Part shown: one piece after another, positions 1-9,887 of the stretch
Position numbering within the stretch: the first letter of the stretch is position 1
How the letters are laid out: every line of letters starts with the position of its first letter
NCBI GenBank assembly: GCA_029856155.1
Contig: JAHQWL010000070.1
Coordinates: 32,001 to 96,000 of the forward strand
Reading direction: 5' to 3'
Length of the DNA stretch: 64,000 nucleotides
Source of the DNA: Promethearchaeia archaeon
Lineage (GTDB): Archaea; Asgardarchaeota; Lokiarchaeia; Sigyniarchaeales; SOKP01
Notes under the pieces: generated by a model
The model's input: the letters and a program-made list of their open reading frames with translations, nothing else
Database searches by the model: none
Told to the model about the DNA's origin: nothing
Program-made: the position numbers and the translations under genes

Positions 1-1
1 T

Positions 2-1348
2 CCTATACATCCTAAATTGGAGAATATTCAGGGTTTAAAGGCCTATAAATCAATATTAGACCTTTCAGAAACTCCAGATTTGGCTTTTATCATTTTAAGA
101 CCCAATCATGTTCCAAAAGTAATGGAAGAATGTGGAAAAAAAGGAATAAAACGAGTAATTATAGTATCAGGAGGATTTCGAGAATTTGGTTCAGATGGAA
201 TTCAACTTTCTAATAAAATTCTCGAGATAACTAGAAAATATGATATTAGATTTATTGGTCCAAACTGTTTGGGAGTTTATAACGCATTTTTTAATTATCC
301 TGAATTTAGAGATATATGTTTGAATACAATGTGGATATATGAGACTCCTCACCGAGGTAATATTTCTATTATTGCTCATTCAGGTACAGTTGCATCTCAT
401 GTATTTTGGTATTGTAACAGGATTGGAGTAAAAATAGGGAAATCTCTTTCTATTGGGAATGAAGAAAACATAGATTTAGTTGATTTTTTAGATTATCTTA
501 AAGATGATCCAGAGACAGATGTTATTGGCTTATATATTGAAGAAGTAAAGAAGGGAAAAGAATTTATAAATATAGTAAAGAAAATTACGCCTAAAAAACC
601 GATTGTCGCGATTTATGCTGGAGGAACAGCAGCAGCTTCACGTTCAATCATGGGACATACAGGCTCAATTGCGGGAGATAATAAAATTTTTGAAGCTGTG
701 TTTAAAGAAACAGGTATAATTTCTACTGATTCAATTAAAGAATTTTTTTATTACTTAAGGGTATTTTCACATAATATTATTCCAAAAGGTAATAGATTAG
801 GAATAATAACAGATTCAGGAGGATGTGGTGCGATGATGGCAAAGGTTGCTGAGAAAATAGGTTTGATGGTACCTGAATTTTCAGATGAATTAAAAGGTAA
901 ATTAAGACCGTATGTCCCACCTGTAGCAAATATTGATAATCCTTTAGATTTAACTTTTCAATTCAATCAATACAATCTTTATATAAAAATTCCAAAAGCT
1001 ATGATTAATTCTGGTGAAGTTGATGGAATAATTATCTATGCTGCATTTGGTTTTGAAGAAATTTTAAATATAATTAAAGCCTCAGGCGGTAAAAGTTATG
1101 AAGAATTTGAGATATCTAATGATATGATGAAAGGTTTATATTTAAAACCAATTCAAAGGCTAGTAAAGAAGAAAGGAGTTCCTGTTTTTTATATTGGTCC
1201 ACAAGGGTATTCTAATCCATGGGTTCGAGAATTCATCAAATCAAATATTCCTATTTTTGATTTATGGGATATGCCCGTTAAATGCTTCTCAGTATTGGCA
1301 AAATATTCTGAATATCGTAAAAATTTAAATCCTAAATTTAAAAATTGA
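2..1348 (+). CDS. Acyl-CoA synthetase (NDP-forming) alpha-type / CoA-binding protein, 5'-truncated by window edge
   Basis: Frame is open to the window start (PIHPK); IGPNCLG, SIGNE, phospho-His motif GHTGSIAG, SGGCG, NPLDL. Confidence 0.85.
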   Translation, partial: PIHPKLENIQGLKAYKSILDLSETPDLAFIILRPNHVPKVMEECGKKGIKRVIIVSGGFREFGSDGIQLSNKILEITRKYDIRFIGPNCLGVYNAFFNYPEFRDICLNTMWIYETPHRGNISIIAHSGTVASHVFWYCNRIGVKIGKSLSIGNEENIDLVDFLDYLKDDPETDVIGLYIEEVKKGKEFINIVKKITPKKPIVAIYAGGTAAASRSIMGHTGSIAGDNKIFEAVFKETGIISTDSIKEFFYYLRVFSHNIIPKGNRLGIITDSGGCGAMMAKVAEKIGLMVPEFSDELKGKLRPYVPPVANIDNPLDLTFQFNQYNLYIKIPKAMINSGEVDGIIIYAAFGFEEILNIIKASGGKSYEEFEISNDMMKGLYLKPIQRLVKKKGVPVFYIGPQGYSNPWVREFIKSNIPIFDLWDMPVKCFSVLAKYSEYRKNLNPKFKN

Positions 1349-1488
1349 AAATTTAAGTAGTAAAAGCTCTACTTATTTCACTAATTATATATATGTTTTT
1401 TATCTATAATTATTAGAATTACTTCAAAAAGTTATTTCAGATATAAGAAAATTTACTTATAATAAATTATACGAGCGTAGCTTTAATT

Positions 1489-2487
1489 TTGCCAATAGAA
1501 TTTTATAATCCTCCTTTAGCGATTTTAGCGTCTGGATCAAAATTAGGGGTTGACCTTGGAGGCAGCAAAAGCATTTTAAGTATGGATGCTCGTCATAACT
1601 TATATTCTGAAGGTATAATCTTTAGTGAGCTCAGCTGGGGTGCATTTTATCAAGAAGAGGGGTTAGAAGATCAAATTGATACATTTGAAACTAAAGAGTA
1701 TGACTCTGTTCGCGAAGACCCGGAAGCTTTAGTTAAAACGATCGTAAGAAGTATTTATAATATCATTAATAACAAAAAACTTTTCTATGGTATTGCTGAT
1801 TTTGAAGTAGATGCTTTTCTTAACCAAAATACTATTATTCCTGGACTTAAATTGGATTATTCAATAATCAATAAATTATTAAATGCCCATAAAAATATTA
1901 GAGATAAGGATTTATTTCCCCAGATCTTATCGGATGCAAGAGGCGCAAAAAGAATTAAGATTGAATTTCAAGGAACGAAAAAAAAGAACCTCCATTTAAT
2001 AGGAAGTAAATTAGAAGATTTTGCAGATATGTTAAGATTAGCAAAGGGATTTGCTACAGGTATTGTCTGTACTTCCCGGGGAGCAGCAAACCTTTACATT
2101 ATGAGCGATAATATTGTTTTTCAAGAAGATTTATTACCAGATCTCTATATTGATGATGATAATTTAGCTATTATTGAGATGGGTATCCAAAGAGAACTAT
2201 TATTTCCAATTAGTTGGTTCAGAATAGATCTTGGAATTAAATCATTAGAGACCTTAGAACTTTGGGACAAAATTAAAGATCACTCTAAATTGAACAAAGC
2301 TTTTGAGCACTATGAGAAATATATTAGCAGTTTAGTCTATAAAAAGTTTCAAGTTATGGCTTCTACTGAAAAAATAGGGAAGGATGGAGAAGAAGATTTT
2401 CACGAGATGAGCCCCGCAGAAAGAAGGCAAGCACTAAGAGATATGGCTGAAACTATAAGAAAATTAACTGATGAGTATAAAAAGTAG
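1489..2487 (+). CDS. Hypothetical protein (332 aa)
   Basis: Long ORF with globular composition, TTG start; no motif recognised. Confidence 0.7.
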   Translation: MPIEFYNPPLAILASGSKLGVDLGGSKSILSMDARHNLYSEGIIFSELSWGAFYQEEGLEDQIDTFETKEYDSVREDPEALVKTIVRSIYNIINNKKLFYGIADFEVDAFLNQNTIIPGLKLDYSIINKLLNAHKNIRDKDLFPQILSDARGAKRIKIEFQGTKKKNLHLIGSKLEDFADMLRLAKGFATGIVCTSRGAANLYIMSDNIVFQEDLLPDLYIDDDNLAIIEMGIQRELLFPISWFRIDLGIKSLETLELWDKIKDHSKLNKAFEHYEKYISSLVYKKFQVMASTEKIGKDGEEDFHEMSPAERRQALRDMAETIRKLTDEYKK

Positions 2488-2491
2488 AATT

Positions 2492-2800
2492 TTATTTTTC
2501 TTTTAGAATTCTCGGAGCTTTAAAATAACCATCTTTTGTATGTTTTGCATTTTTTAATGCATCTTCGGTTGAAAGTGATTCCCAAGGTATATCTTCTCTA
2601 AAAACATTCTTTAAGCCATCTATCGGATGGGTCATGGGTTTAATATTGCTAGTATCTAATTTATCCAATTTTTTAAAGTAATTTAGGATATCACCTACTT
2701 CTTTTGCAAGTTTTACTTTTTCTTCCTCAGATAAATCAAGTAAAGCTAATTTTGCAATATGGTCTATAGTTTCTTTTGATAACTCTTTATTCTGATTCAT
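2492..2800 (-). CDS. gatC: Asp-tRNA(Asn)/Glu-tRNA(Gln) amidotransferase subunit C
   Basis: HIAKLALL, ILNYFKKLDKLDT, NVFRED, GYFKAPRI; 102 aa. Confidence 0.93.
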   Translation of the reverse strand: MNQNKELSKETIDHIAKLALLDLSEEEKVKLAKEVGDILNYFKKLDKLDTSNIKPMTHPIDGLKNVFREDIPWESLSTEDALKNAKHTKDGYFKAPRILKEK

Positions 2801-2940
2801 AGCTTAGCTCACATAGTTATAGTCATATATAATAATTAAGCTTGATCCTATATTGTTTTTTAAAAGTATTGAATTGAAAGTTATACTTTTTACTTATTTA
2901 AACTCAGTTTTAAACTGTGATATATAAGAATATCAAATAA

Positions 2941-2999
2941 AAAGTTATAAATATCCAATAATCATTATATCAGTTACTGGTAGTCCAGTGACTGGTAAT
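2941..2999 (+). promoter_or_regulatory. BRE/TATA-like promoter followed by a doubled palindromic operator (probable PadR autoregulatory site)
   Basis: AAAGTTATAAATA at 2941-2953; CAGTTACTGGTA (2971-2982) and CAGTGACTGGTA (2986-2997), each with a CAGTnACTG palindrome. Confidence 0.55.
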
Positions 3000-3056
3000 T
3001 AGAGTAAAATTAGTTATATTGACTATTAAAACGCTATCGATGATTTTGAGTTAACT

Positions 3057-3638
3057 ATGGTTGAAAATTATAATAAAAATTTTGAAAAGGTAATGAAAAA
3101 AAATTTCACTAATATCTTTATACTTTCTATACTTGAAAAAGGTCCTTCTCATGGTTATAGAATAGGCAACGAAATTGAAAAACGCACTTTGGGAATGTGG
3201 AATCCATCTGCATCGACACTATATTGGATATTAAATAACTTAAGGGAAAAAGGATTCATAAAACTCCTTGAAGAAGATAAAAATAAAAAAGTGTATGAAA
3301 TTTCAGATACAGGGAAAGAAGCATTAAGATTAATGAAATTAACTCAACGAAATATAAGAAATACATATCGGCGGTTTTTAGCAGCATCAATAGATAATAG
3401 TAATACAATTGATTTAGAGGATCTCGAACACTTTGATGAAATTCCTTCAATCCAAGTGCTACCGACCGCCTTAAGACCAGAAAGGTTTAAGGGTAATTTA
3501 ACTCTTAATGAAAGAATCCAACTACTTGAGTCTAAAAAAGCAGCATTTATAGAAACTCGAGATCGAATGAATGAATACATCAAGGACTTTGATGAAACAA
3601 TTTTAAAAATTAGAAAAGAATTGGATAAACAGGAATAG
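3057..3638 (+). CDS. PadR-family transcriptional regulator
   Basis: ILSILEKGPSHGYRI, PSASTLYWILNNL, KKVYEISDTGK; C-terminal coiled coil. Confidence 0.9.
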   Translation: MVENYNKNFEKVMKKNFTNIFILSILEKGPSHGYRIGNEIEKRTLGMWNPSASTLYWILNNLREKGFIKLLEEDKNKKVYEISDTGKEALRLMKLTQRNIRNTYRRFLAASIDNSNTIDLEDLEHFDEIPSIQVLPTALRPERFKGNLTLNERIQLLESKKAAFIETRDRMNEYIKDFDETILKIRKELDKQE

Positions 3639-3702
3639 TATTCTCTACCAGGAAAATTTAGAAAAAACAAAAAATAATGATTAAAAAAGAGTTGATATAA
3701 AA

Positions 3703-4674
3703 ACGAGTATTGACCAAAATAAAAAAAGAATACCTTTTCTTACTTTTCTTATATCTTATAAATGCACTAATGAATGCAAGCATTGTGCACTTCATGGATC
3801 TCCAAATCAAGACGACATTTCAATGGAATTAGGGGATGTAAAAAGATATTTAGAAGACATTACAACTAATTATATTATTGATGAAGTTGGTTTTTTTGGA
3901 GGAGAACCTCTACTTAATGTTGATTTACTAATAAGTCTCATTGAAGAGGTGAAAAGATATGATATTCCAAATATTGGATTACCAACGAATGGATATTGGG
4001 GAAAAAATGATGCAACTGCTAAAAAATATGCCCTAAAGTTAAAAGAAGCAGGTTTAAATACTATCGGTTTTAGTATTGACACGTTTCATCAAGAATTTAT
4101 TCCACTCGATGTAGTGAAACGAGCAATGAAAGCTGCACATGAAGTTGGAATTGAACGGATATATTCAATAACTCAAAATCTAGGGCCTGGTAATATAAAT
4201 GATTCTTTTAATGAACAGAATAAAAAAATTACAGAAGTGATTTCCAATGAGTTTGAGTTTTGTCAGGTAATAAATAGTGAGTTACAAGTAAGAGGTCGAG
4301 CGGCAAAAAAACTTACCAAATATTACTCAATGAATACAATACCCTCAGATAAGTGTCTTATTTTCAAAGTTCCGATGTTTATGATTGATCCTAATGGATG
4401 GGTTTTCCATCAATTATGTCAAGGGATTTGTATTGGGAATGCCAAAAAAAATTCTTTATCTAAAATAATAATGGACTTTAACTATAGAAAACATCCGATA
4501 ATAGGGAAGTTGGTGGCTAAAGGAGGCACTAATAATCTTCTTGAAATTGCAATTGAAAAAGGATATGAGCCTCAAAATGGATATGCGGACATATGTCACG
4601 TCTGTTCTTTAGCGAGGAATTTTCTCCGTCCTTTTTATCCAAATATCCTCGAACCTTCAAATATATATTATTAA
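3703..4674 (+). CDS. Radical SAM protein with SPASM/twitch-like C-terminus; true start lies upstream of the listed ORF (non-canonical ATA 3697, ACG 3703 or ATT 3709)
   Basis: In-frame CTNECKHC (CxxxCxxC) at about 3763-3786, upstream of ATG 3823; FGGEPLL, PTNGYW, SID..HQ, IDPNG, CHVC. Confidence 0.85.
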   Translation, partial: TSIDQNKKRIPFLTFLISYKCTNECKHCALHGSPNQDDISMELGDVKRYLEDITTNYIIDEVGFFGGEPLLNVDLLISLIEEVKRYDIPNIGLPTNGYWGKNDATAKKYALKLKEAGLNTIGFSIDTFHQEFIPLDVVKRAMKAAHEVGIERIYSITQNLGPGNINDSFNEQNKKITEVISNEFEFCQVINSELQVRGRAAKKLTKYYSMNTIPSDKCLIFKVPMFMIDPNGWVFHQLCQGICIGNAKKNSLSKIIMDFNYRKHPIIGKLVAKGGTNNLLEIAIEKGYEPQNGYADICHVCSLARNFLRPFYPNILEPSNIYY

Positions 4675-4773
4675 ATACTACGAGAAGAGATAGAACATCC
4701 ATTAAAGAAATTTATAGAGAAACTTTAAAAAATAATAATAAGAATTAAGTGATATCTCTATTTTATTATAAAT

Positions 4774-5127
4774 ATGGTGGATGAAGAAGATTTAAGGGAT
4801 ATGATCCCTAGCTATGCTTTTATCTCGTTAGCGAGACGTGGAATGGAGAAAATCTCTTTAGATCAATGTTTTCTTAAAGATTGCGATAATCAAGACCTTA
4901 AATTATTACAACCGTTTAAAAAAGAAGAATATGAAGAGGAGAAGAAAGAAATTAAGAAAATTCATATAAAATGTAAAAAGTGCAATGGTATTTTCATATT
5001 AAAACTTGAGACATTAAAATATGTAGCAAAATCGACTAAAGATGAAGAAGAGAAACCATTATCTATGGGATTAGTATACGCATTAGATGAAAATGGCAAT
5101 TCTCTTGGACATATAGGGTATTTTTAA
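4774..5127 (+). CDS. Small hypothetical protein, possible Zn-binding
   Basis: 117 aa ORF with CFLKDC and CKKC. Confidence 0.7.
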   Translation: MVDEEDLRDMIPSYAFISLARRGMEKISLDQCFLKDCDNQDLKLLQPFKKEEYEEEKKEIKKIHIKCKKCNGIFILKLETLKYVAKSTKDEEEKPLSMGLVYALDENGNSLGHIGYF

Positions 5128-5143
5128 ATAAATTACATAAACC

Positions 5144-7165
5144 CTATAAGTTTTTATGGATGAAAATATCTGTAAGAAGGAATTTGAGTGGGGGATTTTC
5201 CTTTAATTCTATAGTTTGATGAGTTCTATAAAAACTATTAAAAGTTTCTTTTATTTCATCTGAATTCTGAATTTGTTCGATAAAGCTATTTATCCTTTTT
5301 TGAGCTAGATATGATACTCCTTTAAATAAATAACATATTGAAAATGTTTCAAATGATTTCATCAAGACGGTATGTCGACCAAATTTAGCACGATCTAGTC
5401 CTTCAGAAAACAATTCACCGCTAAAAGAATTAAGAGCAGAGAGGAACCCTCCAACTAGATCATCTTCATGAGACCAATCCTTAGAAAATATATGAGAAAA
5501 CATTGTCACACCACCTTCAGCTAAGATTAAAATTAAGACTGGATCTTCATCAGAATTTTCTAGAGAACTTAAATCACGATCCCAGAGCAAGCTTTTCATC
5601 TGATCATCTATTTGTGCCATTTCCATACGTTCACTTAAAGTTATCTCTTGTTCTTTCAGATTTTCCCATTTGCTTAATTCTTTGAGTAAATTATCATGCT
5701 CAATTGAAATTTTCATAGCAAGGCGATGCATACCCTGTTTTTCAGCTATTTGTTGAGCTTGAGTAAGTAATCGTCTAGCTCCTTTTAGATCTAATGTTAA
5801 TAATGCCAACTTGGCTTGTAATGTGTAAGTTTCAGCTAGAACCCAGTATGAGTTTGACTCTCTTGTAATATCTAATAATTGAGTTATAAAAGTATTTATC
5901 TCATTAAGTACTTCGATAGAATTAGTAATTCTTAATTCATCTAATAGTAATTCACAAAGATTTAACAAAGCACTTATGTAAACATCACTTGCTAACATTT
6001 CACTGTGAATGATTTGTTTTAATAATTCTTCTGCTTTTGCCCGATTATGAATCCTTGAGCTTGCTTTTAAAACTACGGCTTTAGAAAAGAGATATTTTTG
6101 TTTAATCAATTTATTATCAGACTGTTCATTTAATTCTTCCAATTGTTCCAAATATCTCTGAGCCTGTTCCAAATCGCCCTTTAAAACAAATAATTCTATT
6201 TTATTACAGATGATCCCACATAAAAAAAATAAATTTTCAATTTCCTTTGCTACTTTAGAGGATCGTTCTAAATATTTAAAGGCTTGATCCAAATCACCTA
6301 GATAAAAGTAATTATTAGAAATATTAACGAGAATTGGAACAATCAATTGTTTATTATCAAATTTTTCAAACATCAATAAGGCTTGTTTATTATATATTTG
6401 TGATTGCTCATAATCACCTTTTAAAAAATAAATAATCCCTAAATTCATGAGATTAAATGAAATGATTTGCTGGGCGTTGATTTCCTCCGCCAGCGTTTGA
6501 CAGCGCTGAGCGTATATAAGAGCTTGATCGGTATCAATTTTTAACCAGGCATAATGAGCTCCAATTAAAAAGAGAGATTCAACAATTTCATGTTTCTTTC
6601 CAAATTTTTCACGGATTTCTAGACTATGTTTCGCATATTCTAAGCCCTGAGCTGAATTACCTTGAAAATAGCAAACACCTGATTTAATAAAATCTATTGA
6701 TGCCAGTCTTAGATCAATTTCAATAGATTTCTTTTTTCTGAAAGGTTTAATTAAATCTTCGCATTTCCCTATTAAATCTAAAGTTTTTTCCAAATTCCCT
6801 AACCACATAGTGGCAAACGCTATATTTACAAGAGCGTCAATTGAATAAAGATTATCTCGCAATCTCTGACTTTCTTGATAAGCTTGCTCGCCAATTTTAA
6901 TACTTTCCTCATAATTCGCCATTTTATTTAAAAGAGAACTTTTAAGAATGTGAAGTGTTAGTTGATCAGAAGCTGATAAACTCTCTTCTTCTAAATTGTT
7001 CAATATTAATAGTACTTCATCATATTTTCCAGAGTTCATTAATTCTTCTGCATTATTTAATTCTCGCGATTTTGATATAATTTCATGCTTACTTCGTGGA
7101 AAAAAATATTCTTTTAATTTTTTAAAAAATTCTTTCCCTTTTCCAGGTATTTTTTTTTCATTCAT
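5144..7165 (-). CDS. TPR-repeat protein with C-terminal longin-like domain
   Basis: Repeated NLG..Y...GD...A TPR units; C-terminal ILILAEGGVTMFS...LVGGFLSALNSF...TVLM...ICYLFKG. Confidence 0.8.
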   Translation of the reverse strand: MNEKKIPGKGKEFFKKLKEYFFPRSKHEIISKSRELNNAEELMNSGKYDEVLLILNNLEEESLSASDQLTLHILKSSLLNKMANYEESIKIGEQAYQESQRLRDNLYSIDALVNIAFATMWLGNLEKTLDLIGKCEDLIKPFRKKKSIEIDLRLASIDFIKSGVCYFQGNSAQGLEYAKHSLEIREKFGKKHEIVESLFLIGAHYAWLKIDTDQALIYAQRCQTLAEEINAQQIISFNLMNLGIIYFLKGDYEQSQIYNKQALLMFEKFDNKQLIVPILVNISNNYFYLGDLDQAFKYLERSSKVAKEIENLFFLCGIICNKIELFVLKGDLEQAQRYLEQLEELNEQSDNKLIKQKYLFSKAVVLKASSRIHNRAKAEELLKQIIHSEMLASDVYISALLNLCELLLDELRITNSIEVLNEINTFITQLLDITRESNSYWVLAETYTLQAKLALLTLDLKGARRLLTQAQQIAEKQGMHRLAMKISIEHDNLLKELSKWENLKEQEITLSERMEMAQIDDQMKSLLWDRDLSSLENSDEDPVLILILAEGGVTMFSHIFSKDWSHEDDLVGGFLSALNSFSGELFSEGLDRAKFGRHTVLMKSFETFSICYLFKGVSYLAQKRINSFIEQIQNSDEIKETFNSFYRTHQTIELKENPPLKFLLTDIFIHKNL

Positions 7166-7318
7166 AATAGAGTGAAACCAGATTATATTTAGATTTTTAG
7201 ACAGTTTTTAATCAAATTATATTTATAAATAAATAGATTATGATTATTATTATAAATTCGATAGTATTAGGATTACTAAAATATATAAAAAATCTTGTTT
7301 AATCTCTTTAAATATCTA

Positions 7319-8014
7319 ATGAAATTTGATTTTTATTTATTTGATTTAGATGGAACTTTGCTCCATCTTGGTAATATCGGAACTTATGTAGATCAGATAT
7401 TAATAGAAACCTTTACAAGATTGGGAGCCACTAATCCTCCAAAAAAGAATGAAAAATATAAACTATGGTCTCCAGAAGAAGACTTCTTTGAAGTCTTAAA
7501 AGAATGGGGTGTCAAGAATCCTCAGAATTTTTGGAAGGTTTTTGATGAGATAGATTTTAATTTAAGAAAAAAGCTAATAGAAAAGAGTCAGGTTTTCCTA
7601 TATAAAGATGTTTATAATATATTAGAAAGAATTCATCATCACAAAAATAATAAAAAACTCGCAATAGTTTCAAACACAGCATATTATATAGTTGAGTTTA
7701 TATTGAAAAAATTTAATATCACTAGATTTTTTCATGAAACTTTTAGTTTAGGGTATTATACTAATGATCAAGAACTAGCCAAACCGTCTCCAAAAGGCGT
7801 TCTCACGATATTGGATAAATTTAATTATGATCCAAAAGAATCAAAAGCTCTTTTCGTTGGAGACTCTAAATTTGATATTATTGCTGCTAAAAAAGCTGAC
7901 ATTTATGCTTGTTTAATAAGAAGGGAAATAAATACACATAATAAAAATTATAATAAATGGGATATTCAGCCAGATTTCGTCATAGAAGGGTTGGATGAAC
8001 TACTTCATTTGTAA
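7319..8014 (+). CDS. HAD-superfamily hydrolase (phosphoglycolate phosphatase-like)
   Basis: LFDLDGTL, IVSN, KPSP, FVGDSKFDI. Confidence 0.9.
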   Translation: MKFDFYLFDLDGTLLHLGNIGTYVDQILIETFTRLGATNPPKKNEKYKLWSPEEDFFEVLKEWGVKNPQNFWKVFDEIDFNLRKKLIEKSQVFLYKDVYNILERIHHHKNNKKLAIVSNTAYYIVEFILKKFNITRFFHETFSLGYYTNDQELAKPSPKGVLTILDKFNYDPKESKALFVGDSKFDIIAAKKADIYACLIRREINTHNKNYNKWDIQPDFVIEGLDELLHL

Positions 8015-8142
8015 TAATAGGAAATCTAAAAATTATTAACTTAATCATTCAAAATTAATGAAATAATAGATATTGAATGAATAAAATTAAATAATCAAAC
8101 TGATTTTTATTTAATATTGAAAATCTTAAGAGACTTGTCCAA

Positions 8143-9870
8143 ATGTCGACAAAATTAGGAGAGGAAGACGGTTTACGAAAAAAAGTGTGGAAAATTATCA
8201 ATTTAATACAAGCGAACCAATTATTTGTACACTATAAAGATTTGAGCATCAAATTCTTACCTGAAAAGAGTAAAAAAGTAAATACAAAATTATTACCTGA
8301 AATATTATCATTATGCATCCTTAATGCTATAGTTCCCAACTCCGCTATGTTATTGATTGGAGGACACGGAGGGGGTAAAACAACTCTTGTAAAGCTTCTA
8401 GGTAGGATGTTCACAGCAAATTCACTTAGCAATATTGAAAATTCAATCATCAGAGGGCATCCTCAACTGACTGAAGAGAAATTAATTGGTACATTAAAGT
8501 TAGGAAAATTAATGAAAGAAGGTGAAGAAGTGGTAGTATGGAGACAATTTGTTACAAATTTTTGGAAAATTATTGACGAGGTGAATCGGCTAACTCCATA
8601 TGCTCAAGACATCTTATTATCTTTGCTTGCTGAGGGAACAGTTAAATACTACGACTCGATAGCAACTATTAATAAATTTTGTCTATTTGCAACGATTAAT
8701 CCTCATGATGTTGGAACTTTTGAACTATCTCAACCATTTTTAGATAGATTTGGAATTTCAGTTCCAATATCAATGCCGAGCAGTCATGATTTACAACTTA
8801 TCTTAACAGGAAAAGATGAGAAATATTCGGGGATGGATGAATTAATTCAAGTTCCCGAAATATTAACTATTGATGAATTGATGGAAATTTGGTATTACGT
8901 GAATAGAGTCTCATTCACTCCTGAAGTTAATAATTATATCCACGCTATAATAAGAGAATTTACACTTTGTTCAAGAGTAGACAAGGGTAATACTGAAGAC
9001 ATAAAACCTAGCACTGGATTATGTTCAGGCTGTCATTTCAATACAGCTCAAAATATCTGTAACAAAATTGATTCGATTCTAAGTGTAAGGGTTGCTAAAG
9101 ATCTTTTAAGGTATTCTAAAGCTTTAGCATGGTTATTGGGAATAGATAAGATCGATGTTAATATTGTAAACACTATAGCACCATATGTAATTTCACATAG
9201 AACAATTTATGTAAAAAGGGAAATAGATAAGTCTCCGTATTTTGGAAATAAGTATGAGTTTTCTAAGAATATTTTAACAACAGTTCAAAAAAGGTTTAAA
9301 AATCGTGAAATCTGCTATGAAATTGCTGATAGATTTCGAGGAGGAAATCCTAATGAAAATGATTTAGCAGAGTTAAAAAAGTTTGAAAAGAATGATTTAA
9401 TTGTACAATACGATTTAATCCCGTTTGTAACTTCTGTTAATAACAAGGAATATTCTCCGATTGCCCAACAAATACAACAAGTTGTAAAAAAAGGAGATAT
9501 TAATAAGTTAGCTGAAATAAGAAATAATCTTTTAGAAGAAATCAATTTCCCAAATAGAGGAGACTTAATTGAATGGTGTAATCGAGAACTTTTTAGGCAA
9601 ACAGTTACCGATTATGTTATTAAATATTCTTATTGGAAAGAAGTATGGGCAGATATCGCGGCTGAATTCTCTAATTTAGATCAACCATTGAAGGAAGCGT
9701 TTAGTCAAAGACAAACTAAACAAATTCGTACAGAGGATATGCTAATTGAAATTAATGTGACAGGGACTAAAGAAGACTCGTTAGTAAATATTCAAATTTC
9801 TGGTGGATCTGAAGCTTTAAGACTAAAAACAATTTTAGATAATTTTGAATACATGCTAAAGGAAGAATAG
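8143..9870 (+). CDS. MoxR-like AAA+ ATPase with Cys-rich insertion
   Basis: Walker A GGHGGGKT, Walker B IIDEVNR, ATINP, FLDRF; CSR...CSGC...C cluster. Confidence 0.85.
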   Translation: MSTKLGEEDGLRKKVWKIINLIQANQLFVHYKDLSIKFLPEKSKKVNTKLLPEILSLCILNAIVPNSAMLLIGGHGGGKTTLVKLLGRMFTANSLSNIENSIIRGHPQLTEEKLIGTLKLGKLMKEGEEVVVWRQFVTNFWKIIDEVNRLTPYAQDILLSLLAEGTVKYYDSIATINKFCLFATINPHDVGTFELSQPFLDRFGISVPISMPSSHDLQLILTGKDEKYSGMDELIQVPEILTIDELMEIWYYVNRVSFTPEVNNYIHAIIREFTLCSRVDKGNTEDIKPSTGLCSGCHFNTAQNICNKIDSILSVRVAKDLLRYSKALAWLLGIDKIDVNIVNTIAPYVISHRTIYVKREIDKSPYFGNKYEFSKNILTTVQKRFKNREICYEIADRFRGGNPNENDLAELKKFEKNDLIVQYDLIPFVTSVNNKEYSPIAQQIQQVVKKGDINKLAEIRNNLLEEINFPNRGDLIEWCNRELFRQTVTDYVIKYSYWKEVWADIAAEFSNLDQPLKEAFSQRQTKQIRTEDMLIEINVTGTKEDSLVNIQISGGSEALRLKTILDNFEYMLKEE

Positions 9871-9887
9871 ATAAATTTAACGGTAAG

